From NCBI GenBank assembly GCA_002269645.1, contig NIVC01004534.1, positions 1-42,906 of the forward strand: a stretch of 42,906 nucleotides of DNA, in the 5' to 3' direction. The DNA comes from Macrostomum lignano (taxonomy: Eukaryota). The position numbers were made by a program, and so were the translations under genes. Shown piece by piece: positions 1 through 11,100 of the stretch. The notes under the pieces are model-generated. The model saw only the letters and a list, made by a program, of their open reading frames with translations, did not search any database and was not told the origin of the DNA. Position 1 is the first letter of the stretch. Each line of letters starts with the position of its first letter.

Positions 1-2640
1 GTATGAGGAATCCTTTTTGCAGTTTCTAAGAAAATCTTCGAGTAGCCTAATTGCTTGAGTTCCGATTTTAAAGAATTGAAAGCATCGTTGAAGACTTGTA
101 GTCATCACAGATACGAGCGTACCGAAGGATTTGGGATTTTATACCCCCTTGAAGGTGTGTGACGGATGGAAGGACTGTCGGTGCAACAATCTATGAGTGT
201 CTGTTTCTTTTGAAACAATTGTGTTGTGAAGCGGTTTTCAGCTTTCCTGATGGTCATGTCAAGGAAACTGACTCAGTTGATGAGGAGCTGACGGTGAGTT
301 TGATGTTGGGGTTGATTGAATTTAGGTGTACAACAAATTCTGTAAGAGTTTCAGCCGGGTGGTCCCAGTGAATGAAGATATCATCTATGTACCTAAAATA
401 GATGTTCGGCTTATAAGAGCAGTTTCAGGGCAGTTTCCTCCCAGAGGCTCATGAAGAGACAGGCATAGCTGGGCGCAAATATGCGCCCATGGCTGTACCT
501 CTAAGTTGTAGGAAAATCATTTTGTCAAATTCGAAGTCATTCCTGTACAAACATAGTTCCAGTAGCTTTATTATCTCAGCATCCGGTCTAATGAGATCCG
601 GGTATCGGTTAAAGAATTCCTGGATCGCTGCAATGCCCTGATCTATTGGGATCATGGAGTACAGACTCTGGACATCACAGGTTGCCAGAGTCGAACCTTC
701 CGTGCAGCTTTTATCCATAAGGTGTGCCTTGAAGTCATAGGAGTCCTTAATGAAAGTGGGTTGCGCTTGGGCAATCGGTTTTAGAAAGAAGTCTATGTAC
801 TTTTCTGCCCCAATTGCTTCAGAACTACATCCGCTCACAATAGGTCTGCCTGCTGGGACCGAAAGGGGATCAGCCAGGTGGCCGGGTCCTTGTGAATTTT
901 TGGGAGCAGGTAGAAATGCCGGGGACGGAAGTTCTCTCCGGGACAAAGAAATGCACACTGTTTCTTAGATATGAACTTTCTGTTACATAAATTGAGGAAG
1001 ATCCCCTAATAAGTTCCGCAGTCACGGGTTGCAATGGCTGGTCCAGCTGTTGATAGGCATCAGTGTCAAACAGTTGGTTGTAGGCTGCAATTCGTAGTCC
1101 TTAGGGTGCATGATGACCACTGCGTTGCCTTTGTCCACCTTTTTTATAAGGACGGAGCTGTTTCGCTTGAGCCTCTGAATCGCCCTGGTCTCTGGTGCCT
1201 CTAGGTTGCCTTTGATCTGTCCGTTGTCAAATTCTCTACCAGATTTTGGTTCTCAAGTACCAGCAAGTTGCACTCATCCCTTCTAAGTCTGAGGGGAACC
1301 TCCTTCCCTGATTTCCCGGTGAAGGGGGGCGGGCTGGTATTGGCGAGACCCCTCTTTTTGAAAAAGTCTTTCCAGAAAAGTTTACGATGAAATTCCGTCA
1401 CGCAGTTCCTCAACTCATCGAATCAAGGGCTTGGGTTGGGATAAAATTGAGTCCCTTATCTAGCAGCCTCGTCTCAGACTCGGAGAGTTTGAAGGTGGGG
1501 TGTAGATTTAAAATGTTGCCTTCCAGTTTGGGAGGCCTACAGTAGTCAGCTAGTTTAAAGTTCTCAGCCAGGAAGCCAGCGCCAGTATAAAGTCCGGCGC
1601 TGAGAAGGATACAATTGGTTTAAGAGGAGGAGAGGCAATAAGAGTAATAGGTGAGAGTTTCTTACTCAGAGATTGAGTCAATTCTTCACCGCTGGCAAAG
1701 GGCGGAACGAGAAGGATCTTACGTGTCAGACTGTCTGCTCTCAGTAGATCGATAGCCTCAGAGAGCGACTCTCGCCAGTGGTCTGTGCTGAGCAGCTCGT
1801 CCGGCAGGACCAGCACCGTTGACTGAGCGCATTGCCGGTTCCGCAGGGCAGCCGACCTCAGTAGAGATGGTAAGGCTGACAGTGAGTACTCATGTACCTC
1901 TGTAATTGCCGGCAGTTTGAGGCCCTCGAAAGGCTTTGGCAGAGTACCAGGTTCCGGCAGTCCCTGCTGATGATGAGCGAAACAGGTTGCTCAAGGTGCT
2001 GGGTGAGTCATTCAGATGCGGCCTGTGGCGTTCCGGACCACCAGGGGAGTCTTCAGAGTCCGGCGATGGTAAGCGGCGTTTGGCAGGTGAAGCAGGCAGT
2101 CCCACCCGTGGAAGAGGCGGGGTCACAAAAAGGTCGTCAGCTGCCGACGTGCAGCCGTTCTCAGGTGAGGCGACTTCGGTGGTTCCGCCTGCCGCCGGAT
2201 TGCCGTCCGAAGCCGCAACCGCAGCCGCTGAGGGTCGTTGCTGATCGTCGCATCGGCGCTCGCTGCCACGTCCCCGATGGTCGTCGCGCCGCCGTCCACT
2301 ACCGAGTCGGCGTTGGTCTCCGTGCTCGTGCTTGCCGTGGGCTCATTGCTAGATGCTGCGATCGTGCTGGCTGTCGTGGTGTCGTTGTTGGAGCAGACGA
2401 TCTCTGGGATCCTACGATGTTCGGCAGATTGGGCGCTCTCGTCGAGATCGACTGGTGCCATGCTTGCGTCAGAGGGACTGCGGTGTTGGGAGTGGCTGTC
2501 TTGGTGGCACTGGTGCAGATGGGGCCAGGGAAGCCCCGGTGGCACCGGTGTTGGGAGGTCATTGAATCGGCGGCCACGTTTGTGGTGTTGCGGGGGAATT
2601 CGATGAAAAAAGTTGGCCTGACAGTCGCCTGACATGGTCA
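1..2640 (-). mobile_element. Penelope-like retroelement (PLE), RT ORF broken by frameshifts; runs off the left edge, so the expected GIY-YIG endonuclease is not in the window
   Basis: Hand translation gives the PLE motif order: NLHPTFKLSESETRLLDKGLNFIPT (~1435-1510), FHRKLFWKDFF (~1360-1395), IKKVDKGNAVVIMHPKDY (~1095-1150), GRPIVSGC, DVQSLYSMIP, QLRGTAMG (ORF 449-958), FAPSYACLFM, YFRYIDDIF (YIDD at 380-391), FLDMTI, KETDTHRLLHRQSFHP and SQILRYARIC. The 1600-2640 part is a GC-rich upstream extension assigned only by continuity. Confidence 0.85.
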
Positions 2641-2655
2641 GAAGACTGCCATGAA

Positions 2656-2891
<236 letters not shown>

Positions 2892-3213
2892 CTTTTCACC
2901 ATTCATTCTAATCGACGGTATATTTAGTATATAAAAATTGTTTTTTTTCGAAGTGCTATACGATTAGATGAAATGCCGGTATTGAAGGTAGGAGCATAAA
3001 AATCGATATTTGTGCGTAAAATAAAGTAGTTTGGATAAAATAAATGACAAAGTGAATAAATATTGTACTTCAATAGGGTAAAGTGAGCGCATTGGTTAAA
3101 ATGATTCAATGGTTTCCTGGCTGACACTTAAACTTATTGGGAGCCAGGAGGCTCTGTAAATTACGTTGCCGTGTAAATGCGGGCAGTATGCGAGAGCCTG
3201 GTTTATTTTGTAG

Positions 3214-3661
3214 TTTATCAAAGTTTTTAGCGATCTCGTTGGCGAGCCAGACCGTAGATGGGTGAAAAGGAAGGACCATTGGGATGGGTCGGAGAAGATG
3301 ATTGTCAACCCTGATGTTCGTACCGGCGGTTGAAGTACAATAAGCTCAAGCTTGGTCGGTTTGCACTTTTTATGGGGCTCGTAATACCTGAATTTTTAAA
3401 GCCCTATCTCATTCGCAGTCTTCATTTTGCCTTGCACCAAGGCTGATCACTACATGTTTGCATCGACAGTAACTCCAGCTGGCAGACCGCATCATCCGCG
3501 CCGAGTCGTACTGCCCGCAGCTGGTGCAAGAGGTGTCACTACCTGACCCTGCAGCCACATTAACTGCGAGGACAGTCGTGCACTCGGTGTTTCGTCGACT
3601 GCCGCTGACCGGCGCCAACGCCCCGGATTTGATCGGCGGTGCCATTCTTCGGGGTGACTGA
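3214..3661 (+). CDS. Candidate last two coding exons of an unidentified plus-strand gene (3214-3328 and 3419-3661, one apparent +1 base near 3472)
   Basis: Acceptors ttttgtag|3214 and cattcgcag|3419, with a phase-1 donor at 3329 (90-nt intron). Joined: FIKVFSDLVGEPDRRWVKRKDHWDGSEKMIVNPDVRTGVFILPCTKADHYMFASTV/LQLADRIIRAESYCPQLVQEVSLPD...PDLIGGAILRGD*. Third codon positions are strongly G/C in the LQLADR frame. I recognise no homologue. Confidence 0.35.
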
Positions 3662-3698
3662 AGAATCGGCCTGGGGCAGTGGGTGACTGAAGAATCGG
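3651..3698. repeat. Stub (~1.7 units) of the 29-bp minisatellite, left of the LINE
   Basis: GGGTGACTGAAGAATCGGCCTGGGGCAGTGGGTGACTGAAGAATCGG is the same unit as the 5011-5790 array. Confidence 0.9.
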
Positions 3699-5017
3699 GG
3701 CTTTGACTTACTTGACTTAGCTGCAGGGGGCGTCCGGCGGATGCAGCGAGGAGGCGGAGGAGACCGCCCATTCCGCTAGCCCCTGGCGACCAAAGACTTC
3801 CATCGAAGTGATGTCGCTCAGGGGACCCGTCGGTCTCGCCTGCAGCGCGGTCCTCCTCACCGGCGGTGGGGAAGAAATCAGCTCGTCCCGTGTCCTTGAG
3901 GTACCGGGCGAGCGTACCGGGCGAGCAGCGGGATGCTCTCGGGCCTGCAAACGTCGGGGAGAACCGGGTTTGGCCCGAGGTGAGTGAGCCTGGCTGGGTG
4001 TCGTGCCACCTGCGGAGATGCTCGGAGTCAGTCCAGCGCTTAACGCGGGAGTTGATCACCGAGGCGGGGATGGGGCTCCCGGGCCTGGCCCCAGCAGCGC
4101 GCCGGCGGAGCCAGCCTTGGCCAGCAGGTCAGCGCGCTTGTTGCCGAGGAAGCCGGCGTGGCCCGGGATCCATCTGAGCTCCACCTGGTTGCCTAGCGCA
4201 AGCCCGTTGAGCTGGGTGTTGCAGTCCAGGACGGACCTGGAGCTGGCGGTGCTGCGGCAGAGGGCCCGAAGGGCTGCTTGGCTGTCAGAGTGAAAAATAA
4301 ATTTCCGACCGCTGAGCTGCCTTCGGCGCAGCTCTGCCGCGCAGGAGCTGATGGCAAGCACCTCGCTCTGAAAAACACTGGAGTTGGGGCCCAGTGTGCT
4401 GGGAGTAGCTCCACACCACTTCTCCCTTGAAGAAGACGCAAGCTCCGAAGCCTGAAAGACCATGCCTCATAGAGCCGTCAGTGTAACAGTGGACTTCAGA
4501 GTCGCTCCAGCTGTCACTCGCCTCGTGTCGAGGCTGAATGGTGACCTTATACCTTTGGCTCAGGAGAAGGGTGGCTGGGATTGAGTCCATGAGGATGTTA
4601 AGCCCGCCACACTCCTCGAGAGCCTTGAGGCAGAGGTCAGAGTGCGGGATAAGCGACCGCTTCTTAAAGGCCCGCACTTTTTTGAAGGCCACCCCAGCAT
4701 CCAGAAGACGCCGGGTGCTCTTCGCCGCCTCTCCTTTGATATAAATATCCAGAGGAGGGGCACAGAGGAAGGCATTCATGCCTTCAAAAGGAGTAGAGGG
4801 TGGAGCGCCCATAGTCATGCGGCAGGCTCTGCCCTGGGTTTTGTAGAGAGCGTCGAGGTTGCTCTTGACGCTCAGGCCGCTGGCCCACACGAGGCTGGCG
4901 TAACTGATCGAGGGGCGGATGATGGCAGTGTAAATCCACCACAGCTTCCTGGGGGTGAGCCCTCAGGTGGTGCCCACGGCGCGCCTGATCTGAGCCAGGA
5001 CAGCCAGAAGAAGAATC
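3699..5017 (-). mobile_element. 5'-truncated, internally deleted non-LTR retrotransposon (R1/LOA-like LINE) with RNase H domain
   Basis: RT C-terminal region [36 protein letters not shown] (TGA at 4963-4965), then QGRACRMTMGA. RNase H motifs CYTDGS (4471-4488), VFQSEVLAI, FHSDSQAAL, WIPGHAG and RADLLAKAG (~4100-4490). ORF2-end-like LLARYLKDTG, a 13-bp duplication at 3901-3926, and a short tandem tail TAAGTCAAG/TAAGTCAA at 3703-3719. The expected CCHC knuckle region is missing. Confidence 0.88.
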
Positions 5018-5790
5018 GTGCAGTGGGTGACTGAAGAATCGGGCAGTGGGTGACTGAAGAATCGGGCAGTGGGTGACTGAAGAATCGGGCAGTGGGTGAC
5101 TGAAGAATCGGGCAGTGGGTGACTGAAGAATCGGGCAGTGGGTGACTGAAGAATCGGGCAGTGCGTGACTGAATAATCGGCCTGGGCCAGTGGGTGACTG
5201 AAGAATCGGCCTGGGCCAGTGGGTGACTGAAGAATCGGCCTGGGCCAGTGGATGACTGAAGAATCGGGCAGTGGGTGACTGAAGAATCGGCCTGGGCCAG
5301 TGGGTGACTGAAGAATCGGCCTGGGCCAGTGGGTGACTGAAGAATCGGCCTGGGCCAGTGGGTGACTGAAGAATCGGCCTGGGCCAGTGGGTGACTGAAG
5401 AATCGGCCTGGGCCAGTGGGTGACTGAAGAATCGGCCTGGGCCAGTGGGTGACTGAAGAATCGGCCTGGGCCAGTGGGTGACTGAAGAATCGGCCTGGGC
5501 CAGTGGGTGACTGAAGAATCGGCCTGGGCCAGTGGGTGACTGAAGAATCGGCCTGGGCCAGTGGGTGACTGAAGAATCGGCCTGGGCCAGTGGATGACTG
5601 AAGAATCGGGCAGTGGGTGACTGAAGAATCGGCCTGGGCCAGTGGGTGACTGAAGAATCGGCCTAGGCCAGTGGGTGACTGAAGAATCGGCCTGGGCCAG
5701 TGGGTGACTGAAGAATCGGCCTGGGCCAGTGGATGACTGAAGAATCGGGCAGTGGGTGACTGAAAAACGGGCTGGTGCAGTGGGTGATGC
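5011..5790. repeat. Minisatellite CAGTGGGTGACTGAAGAATCGG(CCTGGGC), 23-bp and 29-bp units
   Basis: Direct tandem copies; 23-bp variants cluster next to the LINE and 29-bp units follow. Confidence 0.97.
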
Positions 5791-6470
5791 CGACAGAAAC
5801 CGACAACCCTAAGGAAGGAATTAGAACACTCAGATCCGTATGCACCAATTGACTATATACAGAGTAGTCTACCAGCATCAGTAGTGTAGCGAGTAGGTTA
5901 GTTACTAAAGCAGAAGAAAGAACCGTAATTATTCAAGAAAATAACTTTTTAATAGTTTTTGTTCTATAGGGCGAATTGAATTGAGACAATGATAAGTGCA
6001 AGTATATAATTTATAATATAGTATACACTTGTATTTGACAATAATAATTATAGTATTATATCGGTCAATATCAGTTAACAGTAAAAAACAACTCAAGCAA
6101 ACACAATTCAAAGGTAGAAAATAGCGGAGACAGACAGACATTTACGCTCGTAGACACTAGAATGACTAGATATGTCACTCGAAAAAATGCGCTCGCTTGT
6201 CTACTCTCTTTTAGTAGCAAAATTAGCGTTTTTTGCATTTTATGTTTTTGAAGTTGCAACCATCGCCTTACAAGCAGACCCATTAAATTTGCATCTTCAT
6301 CATGCTTCACCGACTCCTGATTGTCTCAGACTCGAAATTACTTAAAAACAAATTAATTTAAGACTAAAGATTGCAGGAAAACTTGATAAACCTAAGTCTA
6401 CATAGCGGAGTAAGAGAGAAAAGAGGGGGGTCGCTCCAGTCTCCGGCCAGGCCGATAAACTGACTTTGAC

Positions 6471-6865
6471 CTCTCACCTTACTGCTCTCTCATTGGCTGC
6501 ACCATTATTGGGCCTGCCCCCTTAAGGCTGAGTTTCGTCCGTCCAACTTTTAACCTCTCACCTTACTGCTCTCTCATTGGCTGCACCATTATTGGGCCTG
6601 CCCCCTTAAGGCTGAGTTTCGTCCGTCCAACTTTTAACCTCTCTCCTTACTTGTTCTCTCATTGGCTGCACCATTATTGGGCCTGCCCCCTTAAGGCTGA
6701 GTTTCGTCCGTCCAACTTTTAACCTCTCTCCTTACTGCTCTCTCATTGGCTGAACAATTATTGGGCCTGCCCCCCCCCTAAGGCAGAGTTTCGTTCGTCC
6801 AACTTCGACCTCTCTCCTTATTGCTCTCTTATTGTCTGAGCTATTGCATAGATTGGGCCTGCGCC
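6471..6865. repeat. 84-bp tandem repeat, ~4.5 copies, each carrying ATTGG (CCAAT-box-like) motifs
   Basis: CTCTCACCTTACTGCTCTCTCATTGGCTGCACC... recurs at 6471, 6555, 6639 and 6723, with a degenerate fifth copy. Confidence 0.93.
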
Positions 6866-7203
6866 CTAGACACTTTTGTACATCCAGTTAAATATTTGCT
6901 GTTCATTCTTAACCCGATATGCTGCTGCAAAAGAAAGGAAATTTTAGCTGCCACATTAAATTTAAGTGACACTGAGCAGACAAACTACTGAATAAAGAGT
7001 AGACGCTCTACTTTTTAACAACTTAAATTGCGAATTACATATCTAGTTAGTCTAGTATCCGTGAGATAGACAGACAGACAGACAGACGGACAAACAGACA
7101 GATGTGGCTAACAAGGCAGCTATTTAATGCAACAGTTTGAGGCCGGGTCGGCAGACTCGCTTCAAGATATCGCAAGTTCTGTAGACAGAATAACCAATAT
7201 AAC

Positions 7204-7209
7204 TTTATT
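7204..7209 (-). terminator. Candidate polyadenylation signal (AATAAA) of the myosin gene
   Basis: TTTATT on the plus strand, ~790 nt past the stop, after a U-rich 3'-UTR-like stretch. An ATTAAA at 7947-7952 is an alternative. Confidence 0.45.
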
Positions 7210-7993
7210 AATGTTAGCTTTGTCAGCACAAAGTAGGGAGAAGCAGACTACCACAGCAATAGTACAGGCGGAGAAGCGTCACGGTTAGAGTCGGAACAAA
7301 AAGGAACAAAACAAAATAAAAGTGCGGACTAAAACTGAAGCTAACTTGCTTTAAAAAGCAGTTTTTTCCAGTGATTTAATATAGCTTTATAAAAAGCGTT
7401 GACTAAACTGAACTACTTACTGCAAGTAGAGAAGCAAGGAAAATGAGGACTTTTTCGGGCAAGCACATAAAAAAACTTTTTTCTCTTGACAAGATTAGAA
7501 ATAGCCACGATAAAATGCGCGCACATTTTAATAAGTGGTCAATTGCACTTTTAATACTAATACTATAATTTAATCATAAATCATAAAAAGAAAAAAGGAA
7601 AAATACTGGGAAAATGAAAGCAAACAGAAAAAGAACGCAATCGTAATTGCAGCAAAAACAATAAAAAATGACACAGTAAAACAATGCAACAACCATCATA
7701 AGAGAAAGGAAGACCTCTGTTGCATAGTAAAGTTAGCCGGAGAAAATGTCAATAAGCTACTCATGCCACAAGAACAATATATTCGCTGGAAGACCCAATC
7801 AGCTAGCTCCAATAATGCAGCGATGCTGGAGTAATATTGCTTGATATTGAGCCCTTGACCCTGATTATTAATACATAATATAAATAATTAACTTATAATA
7901 AGAGAACTGCAAACAATATAAAAGCAGTGCAAGCAAAAAAGGTCTATTTAATTGTAAAAAAGAACAGACACCCAGGGGAGCAAACAGACAGAG

Positions 7994-8183
7994 TTACTCA
8001 TTGGCCATGCTGGGCTCATGACTGTGGCTGCTCTGGCTGCCCGGTCTGGGACTAATTGACCTCAGCAGGTCCTCGCCATTGTCAGCCAGAGATTGGTCGT
8101 CCGGTGTTAAGTCGACAAAATCGCTGCCTAAATCGCTGCGCGCCTGATGCGGCCCCTGGCGCTTAGATTTGGTCGGCCGATCC
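7994..8183 (-). CDS. MYH10-like: Myosin exon 21, non-helical tailpiece and stop (alternative in-frame acceptor at 8207)
   Basis: ctgtctcgcag|G GAT CGG completes the phase-2 Arg codon and gives DRPTKSKRQ...[20 protein letters not shown]...MANE*. Confidence 0.7.
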
Positions 8184-11100
8184 CTGCGAGACAGTGGCGA
8201 GTAGTGACTAGCGGGTGTGAGCAGCGATATCAATTTAGTAATTCAACAGGCAACTGGCAACAGGAATATTGGAATTAAATGGATTGCTAGTCTAGCTCTC
8301 ACTGACGAGTCTATAGATGAGATTGGATTGCTAGTCTAGCTCTCACTGACGAGACTATAGATGAGATTGGATTGCTAATCTAGCTCTCACTGACGAGTCT
8401 ATAGATGAGGTTGGATTGCTAATCTAGCTCTCACTGACGAGTCTATAGATGAGATTGGATTGCTAGTCTAGCTCTCACTGACGAGACTATAGATGAGATT
8501 GGATTGCTAATCTAGCTCTCACTGACGAGTCTATGGATGAGGTTGGATTGCTAATCTAGCTCTCACTGAAGAGTCTATAGATAAGGTTGGATTTCTAATC
8601 TAACTCTCACTGACGAGTCTATAGATGAGATTGGATTGCTAATCCAACTCTCACTGACGAGTCTATAGATGAGGTTGGATTACTAATCTAGCTCTCACAG
8701 ACGAGTCTATGGATGAGATTGGATTGCTAATCTAGCTCTCACTGAAGAGTCTATAGATAAGGTTGGATTTCTAATCTAACTCTCACTGACGAGTCTATAG
8801 ATGAGATTGGATTGCTAATCTAACTCTCACTGACGAGTCTATAGATGAGGTTGGATTGCTAATCTAACTCTCACTGACGAGTCTATAGATGAGATTGGAT
8901 TGCTAATCTAACTCTCACTGACGAGTCTATAGATGAGATTGGATTGCTAATCTAACTCTCACTGACGAGTCTATAGATGAGATTGGATTGTATTGCTAAT
9001 CTAGATCATCGGTGAGACTAAAGTTGAGAATGTAAAAATGGAAGAGCACATTAAATCACGCAATTCACACTTGCTCACTTCTAAATCTAGCCAATCGGAG
9101 GCTTACTGAGTAGAAACAAATTAAAGGCACACACGTTTAACAAGAGTTGGCCAGGGATCACTGCCGCATGCATCATATAGCATTAAGAGTATAAAGCTAT
9201 ATTTTAATACTGCCAACAACAATACAAAACTTTTCGACTTTCAACTGAAAAGGAGCATACTACTCATAGTAGCTATCTATCAAAAGCTTCTCAATTGACA
9301 GAATGACGCTGGAAAAACTACATCAAATACATGAATATCTAATAGCACAAGCATGCAGTCACACACAACAGTCTTATCACTAGAACTCTCGGCGAATCAG
9401 CTCCTTACTAATAAGTCTTGTGCCGGTGAGTCTTTGCTACAATAAAATTGCAATTTATCAGTTTCTATTAGGTAATAAGCTTAGCCAGTTTGTGCGAGGC
9501 TTACTGTAATTATTATTGATTTACAATAAGCTACACAAGTTACAGAATGAGGTACACAAACTGCATGAAAACAGACTGGGGAGTGGCGGTCACACACACA
9601 AACACACTGGGGAGTGGCGGTCACACACAGAAACACACTGGGGAGTGGCGGTTACACACAAACACACTGGGGAGTGGCGGTCACACACAGAAACACACTG
9701 GGGAGTGGCGGTTACACACAAACACACTGGGGAGTGGCGGTCACACACACAAACACACTGGGGAGTGGCGGTTACACACAAACACACTGGGGAGTGGCGG
9801 TCACACACAGAAACACACTGGGGAGTGGCGGTTACACACAAACACACTGGGGAGTGGCGGTCACACACAGAAACACACTGGGGAGTAGCGGTCACACACA
9901 GAAACACACTGGGGAGTGGCGGTCACACACGCAAACACACTGGGGAGTGGCGGTCACACACACAAACACACTGAGGAGTGGCGGTCACACACAAACACAC
10001 TGGGGAGTGGCGGTCACACACAAACACACTGGGGAGTGGCGGTCACACACAGAAACACACTGGGGAGTAGCGGTCACACACAAACACACTGGGGAGTGGC
10101 GGTCACACACAAACACACTGGGGAGTGGCGGTCACACACAAACACACTGGGGAGTGGCGGTCACACACAGAAACACACTGGGGAGTGGCGGTCACAGACA
10201 AACACACTGGGGAGTAGCGGTCACACACAGAAACACACTGGGGAGTGGCGGTTACACACAAACACACTGGGGAGTGGCGGTCACACACAAACACACTGGG
10301 GAGTGGCGGTCACACACACAAACACACTGGGGAGTGGCGGTCACACACAGAAACACACTGGGGAGTAGCGGTCACACACAGAAACACACTGGGGAGTGGC
10401 GGTCACACACGCAAACACACTGGGGAGTGGCGGTCACACACACAAACACACTGAGGAGTGGCGGTCACACACAGAAACACACTGGGGAGTGGCGGTCACA
10501 CACGCAAACACACTGGGGAGTGGCAGTCGTACACCAGATTAAGTGGGAAAATAATATGTGAATTTAAAAGCTAATTAGTGGTCAGCTTGAAAGCAATTTA
10601 CAACATTAAAAGTGAAGTACGCAAACTTACAATCCAAAAATGCGACTGGGAAAAACAGTGGCGGATTAGAGAGGTGTGCATGAGCAATTATAATTAGGGT
10701 AGTTGTATGGTTTAGGAAAATTGCAAACATTTGAGTTATAAATAGTGCAGGCAAGCACGCATTGTGAAATCACAAAGCATTCACAAATATTGCCTGGGTA
10801 AGTGAGCTTGTGTCTGGCTAAATCTTCTACTAAGATTGTAAACTTATTCTACATTGACAATTTGGTAGCGTTAAATACGAAACATAAAGGGCAATGCGGG
10901 GAGAGAGTAAGGAGAGGGGACAAAGGAGAGTGCAATACGACAGAGGGCTGAGAGAGGGGGTGAGAGGGATGAGAAGGGAGAGAAAGAAAATAAGATGGGA
11001 AGAGTGAAGAAAGAGAAGAGAAAATAAGAGATGGGAGACAAAGAGATGGGAGAAAAAAGAAGAGGGGAGATTGGAGAGAGGAGAGGGGAGACAAAGGAGA

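Noticed and set aside
1967-1995. CTGATGA...GAAAC hammerhead candidate in the PLE region
   Set aside because: Only 5 unpaired nt lie between the boxes, stem I is not complementary, and it is antisense to the element.
5011-5790. Regular arrays here and at 8279-9004, 17905-18468 and 27455-27845 as CRISPR arrays
   Set aside because: Units are head-to-tail with no unique spacers, there are no cas genes, and the context is intron-rich eukaryotic DNA.
6471-6865. GGACGAAAC (hammerhead half-core) on the minus strand of the 84-bp repeat
   Set aside because: There is no CUGAnGA box in the unit on that strand.
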